From NCBI GenBank assembly GCA_024275415.1, contig JAJRZD010000082.1:30001-62000 (forward strand): 32,000 bases of DNA. Reading direction: 5' to 3'. A program made the translations under genes and the position numbers. The notes beneath the pieces were generated by a model. It was not told the origin of the DNA, searched no databases, and was given only the letters and a program-made list of their open reading frames with translations. The stretch comes from an archaeon. GTDB taxonomy: Archaea > Asgardarchaeota > Thorarchaeia > Thorarchaeales > Thorarchaeaceae. Shown piece by piece: positions 14,457 to 24,091 of the stretch (positions are counted from its first letter, which is position 1; the number at the start of each line of letters is the position of its first letter).

Positions 14457-16760
14457 ATGTTCTGGACCAACCACGCAACGGGACCTTCGAAAATGATACA
14501 ATTACCGCGCAAGCTAGGTATGGTACTAGTCCGCTTGGCTCTTGGAATGGCTATAGTTCTCTTAATCTACTCAGTCCTGATTGGCTTAAGCGAATCCGCC
14601 ATGTCATATGTGAGCCTCCATGCCCTACTTGCATTTCTTTCTGTTTTGACTGCTGCAATAATATACTTGGTTGCCCATCGCGAAAGAAACCTCTCGACTT
14701 TCATTTTCCTTCTGGCGTTGTTTTGGAGGGGCATGATTCATTTCGCGATTACAGCTCTGTTTTCATTCGTTGAGCCGGATTTCACTCCATCCTTTGCGCC
14801 TATTAGAGCATTCATGGAACTTCTATCACTAATGATCCTTAGTATTCTGATATTATTAGCCCTGATTACGGCCAATTTGAAGTGGGAGAATAAACCGCGC
14901 TGGGAACTAGGTATGCCGTTTCTGATTTTATTGATCACCTTCAACACATACTTGTACTATGTCGTAGTTCCAACGATGGACATCTCATGGCTTAGAGTCG
15001 GCTCGTTCATCCTTGCGATCATTGCCATTGCAGTCCTTGTAATAAGCATCTATTTATCCATCAGGAACCGCGATAGGTTTTATGATGTCAGATACTTCGT
15101 GTCAGGGCAATCTGTGTTCATTCTTGTCGTAGTCGTTTTTCTCCTCTATGCACAGGGTGATGCGAACTTGTGGATCTTGGCTGCAATTACAGAGGCTTTC
15201 GCTTACATTCTGCTATTCGTCGCTCTTGGGAAATACCTCTATGGTAATGCGAGGATAAGCCGTGATGCTACAAGAGCGATATTGGGATTCTTACTGTCAC
15301 TTGCAACGATTCCATTTGTCCTAAGCTTAGTGTTTGAAGCATATGCGACAGGAGTTGAAATCATAGACACTGGAGCGTATCTGGTATCTCATGGGGCGGC
15401 AGCCCTGTTATCGGGGATGATGACCATCCTACTCTTTGTCTACTTCAGAAAACGGCCCGCGTGGAATTTGCTCCCACTAATTGTGCTGTATCTATCATGG
15501 ACATACATTTACATCATCATCATGCCCGGATATCAAAGATTTGGAGTTGCAGACCTTGGAGAGTCCCTGCTCCCATACAGTGTCGGGGCACTGGTCTCAC
15601 TCGTTGTCATATTCAGAGCGGTTCGATACATCCGAAATCCACCTGATGTGAACCCTACTGATATCGAAAGGGATTGGATTATCAGACGGTTCCTGGCTAT
15701 TGCGGCTGGACTAGTATTGGCGCTCATTTTGGAGAATAAGTACGGGTCACTATCACATTCGGTTGAGAAAATGGTTGTAGAAAGAGTCGTCTTGTTAACG
15801 TTGAATCTATTAGCATTATTCGGGTTCTCAATATTGATATTCATTACCGCAAGGGAATATGGTGATTGGAAGTCCATCGATGTCATCGCGATTCTGATCC
15901 TCGCATTCTACATCATGCCCGGTATCCTGAAAGGAATATACCCTGATTGGACACCAGGATGGTGGTTTGGTGAGATGTTCCTCATAGTCGGGCTTGGGGT
16001 GGGCCCTCCGCTTCTTGGGGCCCTCTATGTGGACTCCATGTCAAAAGCGCAAGAGATACAAAGAAAGGCGACCTTGTATGCGGACCTCCTTGTTCATGAC
16101 ATAACGAACATGCATCAAGCAATTATGGTCGCGTTGTCATTGATGGAAGACGACATGGATAGGAGCCACACTCATTATGATACGATGCAGGATGCGAAGG
16201 CCAGTTTACATAGGGCTGCGGAAATAGTCGCCAGTGTCAGACAGATTGGGATAGCTGATGAAACAGCTCCGGTTGATCTAGAACGAAAAGATATTGTTGA
16301 GGCGGTACTCAATGCTCATGAGCAAGTAAAATCCGAGTATCCCCATGATACTATAAACTTCACTGTGAACAAGGAGATTGGTCAGTGCTATACCCATGCT
16401 AACAGTCTTCTAATAGACCTATTCTATAATCTACTACGGAATTCTGCAAAATACTCTAATGGGGAAATCAAGATAGATGTCCGGATCAGTAAACGAGATG
16501 ATGAAGAAGGACAGTTCTGGGTTGTCCGAATCGAGGATTATGGAAGGGGCATTGATGATGAGCGCAAGAAGATGCTATTCAGACGATATATGAAAGGAGC
16601 TGAAGGTGTCGGGTTAGGGCTTGCTGTTGTATATGCCCTTACGAAATCATACGGCGGGACCATTGCTGTTGAGGATCGGATTCCTGGGAGTTACCGAGCT
16701 GGTTCGGCATTCGTCGTGATGTTGCCGGACGCAAGCTCTCCTCTCAACAATTGGACGTGA
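14457..16760 (+). CDS. Multi-pass membrane sensor histidine kinase (alternative starts 14493, 14520)
   Basis: More than ten hydrophobic segments, then H-box (HDITN), N-box (NLLRNSAKYS), G1 (IEDYGRGI) and G2 (GVGLGL). Confidence 0.88.
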   Translation: MFWTNHATGPSKMIQLPRKLGMVLVRLALGMAIVLLIYSVLIGLSESAMSYVSLHALLAFLSVLTAAIIYLVAHRERNLSTFIFLLALFWRGMIHFAITALFSFVEPDFTPSFAPIRAFMELLSLMILSILILLALITANLKWENKPRWELGMPFLILLITFNTYLYYVVVPTMDISWLRVGSFILAIIAIAVLVISIYLSIRNRDRFYDVRYFVSGQSVFILVVVVFLLYAQGDANLWILAAITEAFAYILLFVALGKYLYGNARISRDATRAILGFLLSLATIPFVLSLVFEAYATGVEIIDTGAYLVSHGAAALLSGMMTILLFVYFRKRPAWNLLPLIVLYLSWTYIYIIIMPGYQRFGVADLGESLLPYSVGALVSLVVIFRAVRYIRNPPDVNPTDIERDWIIRRFLAIAAGLVLALILENKYGSLSHSVEKMVVERVVLLTLNLLALFGFSILIFITAREYGDWKSIDVIAILILAFYIMPGILKGIYPDWTPGWWFGEMFLIVGLGVGPPLLGALYVDSMSKAQEIQRKATLYADLLVHDITNMHQAIMVALSLMEDDMDRSHTHYDTMQDAKASLHRAAEIVASVRQIGIADETAPVDLERKDIVEAVLNAHEQVKSEYPHDTINFTVNKEIGQCYTHANSLLIDLFYNLLRNSAKYSNGEIKIDVRISKRDDEEGQFWVVRIEDYGRGIDDERKKMLFRRYMKGAEGVGLGLAVVYALTKSYGGTIAVEDRIPGSYRAGSAFVVMLPDASSPLNNWT

Positions 16761-16784
16761 GAGATACAACTCCCAGTTTTGTGG

Positions 16785-17666
16785 TCAGAGTCCCATACGG
16801 TGGAGTTCACGTTCTAGGAACTGTTTTGTTTCAGTGAGGTTGTGCCAACGCTCTCCAAAGGTAGCAGCATTGATCCTCTGTTCCTTGTATGCATTCTCTA
16901 AGTCAGCAATCTCAAGCTCTGTTTCTGCCAAGCGGTCTCTGTACATCTGTACTTTCAACGCAGCATTAGCTTCTTCAGAGTCACTGGGCTTCTGAACCGA
17001 GATGATCTTGCCATCCATGATCCGATAGATGCGGTCTGTCTGTCGTGCGATGGCAGGGTCATGGGTGACCATGATGACAGTCTTGCCCATCTCTTTGTTC
17101 ACTCGATGAAGGAACTGGACAATTTTGGCCCCGGTTTCCTGATCGAGGTCTCCGGTCGGCTCGTCGCAAATCAGGATTGGTGGATCATTAGCTAATGCAG
17201 ACGCTATGGCGACTCGTTGTTTCTCGCCGCCACTTAACTCATCAGGCTTGTGATTCATCCTAAACTCCAGACCTACAGTCGTGAGGAGTTCCGTCACACG
17301 TTTCTTCCGTTGAGATGCTGGCATCTTAATGGCAAGCATTGGAAGCTCGACATTCTCATACGCGGTGAGTGTTGGGATGAGGTTGAGAGTCTGAAAGATA
17401 TGTCCAACGACACGCTGCCGAAGCATGCCAAGTTGGGCATTGCTGAAGTTGGTTATCTCTTTCCCTGCGATGAACGTCTGGCCAGCCGTAGCCCTAGTGA
17501 GACCCCCAATGATGTTAAGGAGTGTTGTCTTACCTGACCCACTGGGCCCGATGACGGCGATCATCTCGCCCTCCTCCACCTGCATAGAAAGCCCTCGAAG
17601 GGCCTGGACTTCGACGTTTCCGAGTTTGAAGACCTTGACGAGGTCAATCGTTTCAATGTAACTCAT
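16785..17666 (-). CDS. ABC transporter ATP-binding protein, LolD/MacB type, with helical C-terminal extension
   Basis: GPSGSGKT, LSGGEKQRVAIA, LICDEPTGDLD and VTHD motifs. ATG at 17666 lies just past the permease stop. Confidence 0.93.
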   Translation of the reverse strand: MSYIETIDLVKVFKLGNVEVQALRGLSMQVEEGEMIAVIGPSGSGKTTLLNIIGGLTRATAGQTFIAGKEITNFSNAQLGMLRQRVVGHIFQTLNLIPTLTAYENVELPMLAIKMPASQRKKRVTELLTTVGLEFRMNHKPDELSGGEKQRVAIASALANDPPILICDEPTGDLDQETGAKIVQFLHRVNKEMGKTVIMVTHDPAIARQTDRIYRIMDGKIISVQKPSDSEEANAALKVQMYRDRLAETELEIADLENAYKEQRINAATFGERWHNLTETKQFLERELHRMGL

Positions 17667-17673
17667 TTTTATT

Positions 17674-20439
17674 TCACTCCCTAAGGACATTGATCTTGTT
17701 CTCGTTGAATCGTGTTGTGAGAAGTATCGGAATGATGGCTGAGACCACGATGACCAGTACGACCAGCGCCATCAACGATAGTACAATTGGGTCAAGGATC
17801 ATCCTTGGTCGAACCAGTGCAAGAGTGTTCTGACTGTTATTTGCAATATCTCCAAAGAGCTGGATGAATCCTGTGCCCACTCCAAGCAGGAGCGAGAAGA
17901 AAATCATGACCATCACCTCGGCCACAAGTACCTTGAGTATCTGCGACCTAGTGAAGCCTCTTACTGCAAGCAAGGTGGTTTCATATTCCTTCTCTCGCAG
18001 CGTCAAGGACACTATCAGTCCAGTGCCTGCGATGGCCAACACAACAGCAAATGCAATCCCCAGCCATCTTGCTCTGGTGCCTCCCTGCTCAAAGCTTGCT
18101 TCCTCGCGGTTTGCAGCCCTGCTGGTCATGGAATCAGTACTTTTCACTGTGGGAGCTACCTCGGAGAGGTGCTCCTCGATAACTGTACCGTTCGTAGACG
18201 GTTCCGTATTGAGAAGAACCACAGGCTCGGCGTAACCAAGGAATCCTGTGGACTCCAAGAAGTCTATGGGGACGTAAGAGGGATAGCTGCCTCCGAAGGC
18301 AAATCGACCCATGACCTCCTCGAACGGGCTGACATAGCCTGTCAGTCCAACAATCTCCATCTGATAGGTGGCACCATTGGGCACCCGCAAGGTAAGTGTG
18401 TTTCCTATACGGAGTTCAAGCTGTCGTGCCACTGAAACGGAGAGTATGATCTTTTGGTCTGTGAAATTCGATAGCAATGTGTCAATCGACCCCCCGGTGA
18501 ACCAGTCATCCTCATAGAAGGCTGATTCTAGCCATGTATCGGGGTCTATCGCTCGTGTTTCTAGTTGTCCACGGGTGGTGCTCAAACTGATGTGGTATTC
18601 AGTGGTCACAGAGCTGACACCATCAATCGATTCGATGTCTGAAAGGAATTCCGTGACGTTCTCACCAGGGGCGAAAGTCGCGCTGACATCAGCACCTACA
18701 TTATAAAGATCAGTTCTGTTCCTGAGATCCTGCTCTGAGAAAAGGCTCCCCACGCTGAATATCCCATAGGAAACGATCAGAGCCACAACGAACACTAGTG
18801 CGGCATTGCGTGATGGGTTTCTCTGTACATTTCTAGTGGCAAGTGTGCCAAAGGCTCCAAAGAACCGCTTTCCTGCCTGCACAATCGCAGCTTGGAATTT
18901 CTGAGAGCCGCGCAGCAGTATCTTCGTGGTTCCGTACAAGAAGGCAATAGGCCCTGCAAAGTTGAGGAATGCGTCAACAGGGCTCCACAACGCGACAGCG
19001 ATGAGCATGATGAAGTTCGTACTCATTGCTGTTGCCATGAGGGTGTTCATGTTTATCCCAAGGATCCAGACGACCAATTTGTATGTCCCAAGTACGAAAG
19101 CGATGAGTGGTAGCAATTTCCTATATTCTCTCTGCTCTTCGATGTAGATGTACTGTTTCAATGAGTCCAGTGGGTCAAGTCGTGCAGCTCGGTCGGAAGG
19201 ACCTCGAATGGACCAATATGCAAGGATCACGCCAAACACAATGGTGACTACGATGTTCATCGGGTTCGCAATCAATGTTGCGAATGGTGATTCGACGGCC
19301 ACGCCAACTATATAGTGCGCCAGATACGTGCCAATGAAAATGCCGATGACACTTCCAACGATACCAACGATGATACCCTCGAATTGAAGCATCCGCTTGA
19401 TCGACTTTGGCCCAAACCCTTTTGTCTGAAGGAGCCCGAATTCTCTTCGTCTCAGGTTATAGCTCACATCACTAAGCATAGTGGACGAGTACCACGCCAT
19501 GAAAATGACAGGGACAGCCAGTGCAACGAATGCAAGGACAAGGATAGACGCAATGAGGGAGAGGAACCCTAGAGTTGTCCCAATCGTGTTTGAGGTCTGC
19601 ACATTGTATTGGGCAGTCCTGTCCTCAATCTTTGCTAACGCGTTTTGAACATTAGTCGCCGAACCACCCAAGTCATAAGGATTGATCAAAAGGTCTCGAT
19701 TCAGCTGCACTAGAAACCCTTGCGTTGCAACTAGCCCAGTAGCATTCTCCTGTTGCGAATACCAGTCCATAATTGGGTCAATCGTGTCCGCCCAGTTTAC
19801 GAGCATGATGTTATACTCACGCCAGTCCCCAACCTCGATCTCGATGAATCCATAGTTGATGGTACGAGGGGGATTGAGAAGTCGTGCAGTATTCTCTGAG
19901 ATGTCAACAAACCCTGCGACTGTCAGGTTCACCACAATGGTCTTGGGGAACAGGGAGTCATTGGTGAAATATCGTATTGGTACCGAGATGATCTCACCTA
20001 CTTCCACGTAGGACGCGTTGGTCGAACTTGCAACAACATAGGTCTCGTTCGCGCCAAGTGATGTGGTGGAGTTCAAGAAGTCAAGAGTTTCCCAGACCGT
20101 GCTTGTGTCCTCAAGACCGAACAGGTCGAATGTCTGTCCTGCTGATGCGTTGTAGTCAAAAGAGAACTTGATGTACCTGTCGATATTGGATACTTCAGGT
20201 AAGGACTCGGTGATGTTCTCTATCTTTTCGTAATCAGCATTGGTCCAAGTTATATTATTCGCGACCATCCGAGCCCCATAGTCCATCCCTTCAAGCGCCT
20301 GCGATATTGCAGCTTGCGATTGAAGGTCAGCAGCCATTACCATGCTCGCAAAGAAGGTCGTTGCGATCAGCACTCCAAGAGTAAGGGCGATGAATAGCCT
20401 GTAACCCCTGACGACTCGTTTGAACGCGTACTTGAACAT
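17674..20439 (-). CDS. ABC transporter permease, FtsX/MacB/LolE type (two FtsX domains, large extracellular loops)
   Basis: Two RRREFGLLQTKG / REKEYETTLLAVRG-type FtsX segments with flanking TMs and many N-x-S/T sequons in the loops. Operonic with the ATPase. Confidence 0.88.
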   Translation of the reverse strand: MFKYAFKRVVRGYRLFIALTLGVLIATTFFASMVMAADLQSQAAISQALEGMDYGARMVANNITWTNADYEKIENITESLPEVSNIDRYIKFSFDYNASAGQTFDLFGLEDTSTVWETLDFLNSTTSLGANETYVVASSTNASYVEVGEIISVPIRYFTNDSLFPKTIVVNLTVAGFVDISENTARLLNPPRTINYGFIEIEVGDWREYNIMLVNWADTIDPIMDWYSQQENATGLVATQGFLVQLNRDLLINPYDLGGSATNVQNALAKIEDRTAQYNVQTSNTIGTTLGFLSLIASILVLAFVALAVPVIFMAWYSSTMLSDVSYNLRRREFGLLQTKGFGPKSIKRMLQFEGIIVGIVGSVIGIFIGTYLAHYIVGVAVESPFATLIANPMNIVVTIVFGVILAYWSIRGPSDRAARLDPLDSLKQYIYIEEQREYRKLLPLIAFVLGTYKLVVWILGINMNTLMATAMSTNFIMLIAVALWSPVDAFLNFAGPIAFLYGTTKILLRGSQKFQAAIVQAGKRFFGAFGTLATRNVQRNPSRNAALVFVVALIVSYGIFSVGSLFSEQDLRNRTDLYNVGADVSATFAPGENVTEFLSDIESIDGVSSVTTEYHISLSTTRGQLETRAIDPDTWLESAFYEDDWFTGGSIDTLLSNFTDQKIILSVSVARQLELRIGNTLTLRVPNGATYQMEIVGLTGYVSPFEEVMGRFAFGGSYPSYVPIDFLESTGFLGYAEPVVLLNTEPSTNGTVIEEHLSEVAPTVKSTDSMTSRAANREEASFEQGGTRARWLGIAFAVVLAIAGTGLIVSLTLREKEYETTLLAVRGFTRSQILKVLVAEVMVMIFFSLLLGVGTGFIQLFGDIANNSQNTLALVRPRMILDPIVLSLMALVVLVIVVSAIIPILLTTRFNENKINVLRE

Positions 20440-20614
20440 GATTCTCTACTCCTGTAAACGCTGAACCGAGGTCACTTAAATGTTTGGAATTAATCAATCG
20501 TTGGGCGTGTATCAAATGTTGTGTGGGGGATGTACGGTCGGTTGTGCAAGCAACCCCAGCCCACGACGTCACAGGGTTCCTTGAGTGTGGAAACTTAAGA
20601 GGATTTGCCTCGCA

Positions 20615-20730
20615 GGGACTCTGAAAATCCACCGCCCATCTCACTCCAAGAAGTCCAGACGGTGGATGTTGTAAAGCAGTACCTTGGTCAACACCTCTCG
20701 TCGTTGTTCCTTGTACCTCCGTGGGCTAAA
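20615..20730 (-). mobile_element. Remnant of an IS5-like transposase C-terminus and right end
   Basis: Minus-strand frame 20730-20641 reads FSPRRYKEQRREVLTKVLLYNIHRLDFLE*, matching the Q..E...K...YNI.R tail I recall for IS5-family transposases. It is followed by GGATTTTCAGAGTCCC, which resembles IS5-type ends. Confidence 0.45.
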
Positions 20731-20845
20731 ATGGAGATCCGGGATGCCAAGACTTGAACAGAGTGTCTAACCATTGATGGTCTAGCACTAGAAAAAAGAA
20801 AGGGATTCCTGGGTTGTCGACCCAGGAACATACTCCACAAGGTGC

Positions 20846-21424
20846 TTAAGGCTCGACGAGTCTTGCATCTTTTCGCTTATGGTATAGAACAGAGAGTAAC
20901 ACGGCGACCAAAAGTGTAAGGAAGCTTCCTGACACCACATAAGGAAACGTGACTGTAGGGTCAAGAACAGTATCGGATACTTGATGGAGGTCAACCTGTT
21001 TCTTGTTACTCAAGGCACGGTTGAGAGCATTGTCATATACCTCGACCCAAATTGAATAAGTCCGGTTCACCACTAGTGAGAATGCCTCGGTATGATAGAC
21101 GGTGCCATTGAATGACATGAGAAAGCGGTTGGTGGTGACTGTGGGGATTTCCTGTCGAACCACCCCTGATACATTCAGGATACCAGAGTCAGGATCAGTG
21201 ACGTTAGCCCAGATGATGAAAGACATGGCACTACTGCTTTCATAATCTATACCCCAACCGTATATCTCAGGTCTGAGCGTATCTTGGGCGAGGACCGGAG
21301 CTGTGCTCCGGTTTATCGGTATATTGTCATGAGTTGTCACAGGAGGCACGAGGATTGCACTTGTTGTCAAGAATAGTAAGAAGAGGCTCACATGGTGAAA
21401 CATTGCAACCTTCATAATGACCAT
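20846..21424 (-). CDS. Secreted, C-terminally anchored surface protein with a probable Ig-like domain
   Basis: N-terminal hydrophobic signal, beta-rich core (NVTDPDSGILNV, VYDNALN), five N-glycosylation sequons, C-terminal TM followed by a basic tail. Confidence 0.7.
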   Translation of the reverse strand: MVIMKVAMFHHVSLFLLFLTTSAILVPPVTTHDNIPINRSTAPVLAQDTLRPEIYGWGIDYESSSAMSFIIWANVTDPDSGILNVSGVVRQEIPTVTTNRFLMSFNGTVYHTEAFSLVVNRTYSIWVEVYDNALNRALSNKKQVDLHQVSDTVLDPTVTFPYVVSGSFLTLLVAVLLSVLYHKRKDARLVEP

Positions 21425-21537
21425 TCATCCTTTTGGATAATGAGCATATTATAATCTCTGTAAGCGCATTATGAGCAATGTGAGAGTCAAGGCTTCTTTC
21501 TGAGATTCGGGTGGAAGCAGTGTAGGAAGTAGGACTG

Positions 21538-22605
21538 CTATCGGTCGAAGACATCAAGCAGCTCCTTATGCCTCTCAAAGTACTCCCTGACAGGGTCAAG
21601 CAGTTGGTTCAGTGCATCAGCCACACCAATCTTCAGGTCAAGAGGGTGTATACCTTTAGGACCCTTCGGGTTCAAAAAGCCTTCCTCCAACTCGGCATAG
21701 CTCTCGAATTGAATGTCGCCGCCGAACTTCGGTTTTCGCTGGATCTCTAACACATCCATGTTCCTGAAAATGATGTACTTCGCAATCTCTAGGATTGGGT
21801 TTCCTTCGACCTCGCCAGCAGGACAGTACGCTTTCTTTATCTTCCGAGTGACCTCATCAGGCGAATCATGGATGAATATTGCAGAGTCAGCCTTGCTTTT
21901 CGACATCTTCGCGTCGAACTCAATATCATGTCCCGGTACATCCATCCGTGATGGGCCTTGGAGCCCAGGCATGATGTGATGGTGTACTGCTGTGGGTTTC
22001 CACCATCCCAACTTCTCGCCAATCTCACGAGCAAGCATGTTTGCCTTACGCTGATCCATGCCAAGCTGCGGGATGTTGACTTCGAGATGGAAAATGTCTG
22101 CGACTTGCATCATTGGATAAAAGAGCTGTGCAGTTTCTTGGGATGCTGTTTCTTTGCGCCCCATGATCTGGAGACATCTATTGGTTCGGGCAACCGTGGT
22201 GTTTTTTGCTATCCGGATGACCTTCTCCCAGTAGTCAGAGCTCTCGACCAGATCACTTGCCCAGACGATCTCGATCTTGTCCACTGGAACACCGCACGCT
22301 TCCCAAGCCTTGATCAAGTACCGGCCGACTGCCTTGATCTTGTCAAGATCACCTCCCAGCTTGTCGTTGATCCATGCATGCCAGTCAGCAACAAGGATCT
22401 TGAAATGAACTCCGGCTTCGATCATGTCATTGACCTTGATGGTACGAAGGAGCCCTGTCGCTATGTGAGCCATCCCAGACGGTTCGAACCCATCATATGC
22501 TATCAATGGAACACCTGTTTCGATGAGGTTCCTCAATTCCTCCGGCGTCACGATTTCCTCAGTGGGAGGAGCTGCTATCAGTTCGAATCTTCGTTCTGTG
22601 TCCAT
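21538..22605 (-). CDS. tyrS: Tyrosine--tRNA ligase (archaeal type)
   Basis: YDGFEPSGMAH (HIGH-like), ADWHA, YPMMQVAD, GMDQRK, KMSKS, HPLDLK. ATG 22605 follows a GGTG-type RBS. Confidence 0.95.
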   Translation of the reverse strand: MDTERRFELIAAPPTEEIVTPEELRNLIETGVPLIAYDGFEPSGMAHIATGLLRTIKVNDMIEAGVHFKILVADWHAWINDKLGGDLDKIKAVGRYLIKAWEACGVPVDKIEIVWASDLVESSDYWEKVIRIAKNTTVARTNRCLQIMGRKETASQETAQLFYPMMQVADIFHLEVNIPQLGMDQRKANMLAREIGEKLGWWKPTAVHHHIMPGLQGPSRMDVPGHDIEFDAKMSKSKADSAIFIHDSPDEVTRKIKKAYCPAGEVEGNPILEIAKYIIFRNMDVLEIQRKPKFGGDIQFESYAELEEGFLNPKGPKGIHPLDLKIGVADALNQLLDPVREYFERHKELLDVFDR

Positions 22606-23251
22606 TGATATCACACCATATCGGGGGCTCTGTTCAGTAAAAAACACTATCGTTTCCAAAGAGGGTGTTTCCGACGATAGTTGCTGATAATCTAACACCT
22701 ATCTGACATTCTGTTGCTGGTAGTCTGAACAGAAGAAAAGGTGGGCGCAATAACGAGGGTAACACTTGGCTGCCGCGCCACCACCTTTAACATTTTTTCG
22801 CCAAGTATTCCACTCGACCTGTTTTGAGGTCGGTGCAAGATACATTGCCGCACGCCATAGCAACGTATACGACCCTGCGAAGTTACTGCGCCCTTGATTC
22901 CTTGATTTCCATTGGGTCATGAACCAAGATATAGCTTGTGGTCAGGGTCATGAGCCCCAATCAGAAGTGAGGAAAGTGGTTTGGCACGAGGTTCTTTGTG
23001 TTTTTTCGTTGCTGTATATACCATGCTTTTTGTCCTTAAAAAGAATGCTGGTTTAGTTTTATGGTTCACAATACAGAATAGAACTGTATCAGAAGAGGAG
23101 CCCTGTTTCAAGTATCATTCTGATGAACCATGACCGGTTTCTCGTAGAGAGTTGAATTCTGATGCCTGATAGATATGGAATTGTACCTCAATACCTTTTA
23201 GACAGGTCTTGGAATATCTTCAGAAGACGAGCGTAGTCAATCCCAGCACCA

Positions 23252-23770
23252 TCACACAGGACAACACAACTCTTTGGGATTTCGTTCTGTTTCGGGATTT
23301 CCCGAGTATAGAATGCTTGGGTGTATTCTAGGAGCTCCTCCACTAAGACGAGCCCCAGATATACTGCTCATACTAGCTAAAAGCCAAGCTTCATACATTT
23401 CTTTCGCACATACAATTGCTATGGGAGTTGATGGATTCAATGCCTGGATCTGTCTTGCAAACGAAGGCGCCTTTGTGTAGGGACAATCGCCATCAGCATC
23501 AAGAAGAATCAAGATGCAGTCCGCCTCGTGTTCAAAGATGGCTAATTTTATGAGCTTGCGGATTCGCTCGACTCTTGTGATGCCACCTCGTCGTCTAATC
23601 GCGTGACTCAAACCATTTGATAGCGCATCGGCAGTAAAGTTGAAAATATCAAGGAAATTGCTCTTGCCTGAGCCATTTAATCCAACAAGGATTGTAATAC
23701 TTCACAAGGACTGGTTCACTGACCTATAGCTCCTGAAGTTCGAAACGCGGATTCGCGTGATTCTCATCAT
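23252..23770 (-). pseudogene. In-frame chimera: ABC/AAA_21 ATPase N-terminus joined to a DUF4276 (TOPRIM-like) C-terminal part, with an internal stop
   Basis: From ATG 23770: MMRITRIRVSNFRSYRSVNQSL*SITILVGLNGSGKSNFLD...AIRRRGG, then directly ERIRKLIKLA...ILLDADGDCP...AKEMYEAWLLAS. Confidence 0.75.
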
Positions 23771-24091
23771 ATCAACCCGGATGGATGCCTTCAAAATGAT
23801 AGTATCTATTCTTCATTTTATAGGATGAGGTACTAGGCTCCACGAAGGGTTGTTGTTCTTGACGCAGATTCCAAGTATCCGTGAGTTTCCCGGTGCTGTG
23901 CAAAGGCTCACTGGAGATTCTCAGGCACATAGCACCAGTGAGGAGGCACACTCAGACTTCTTAAACGAGCACTTCACAATTCTCTCTATGAGTCATGAAT
24001 ATCATGATCAAGATTCGCGTCATCCATGTGACAATCCCTTATAAACACAGCCTGCCCTAAACCTCATTACTCACAACGACCGGTGACATGA

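Noticed and set aside
13971-19984. GGTACC avoidance as support for an active KpnI-like system
   Set aside because: At least two sites are present (13971, 19979) and I cannot count all sites reliably by eye. A genome-wide observed/expected calculation is needed.
20521-20760. RNase P RNA, SRP RNA or group II intron
   Set aside because: The P4 (GAGGAAAGUCC / AACAGAA), SRP helix 8 and domain V signatures are not present on either strand.
22917-22990. LLIGAHDPDHKLYLGS as an ATP-dependent DNA ligase OB-fold fragment
   Set aside because: The resemblance spans about 16 residues with no supporting upstream or downstream motifs.
23702-23704. In-frame TGA in the ATPase fragment (and in the radical SAM fragment near 26452) as selenocysteine or readthrough
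   Set aside because: Neither falls at a Cys-equivalent position (the radical SAM one fits a TGG-to-TGA Trp mutation), and both ORFs are truncated anyway.
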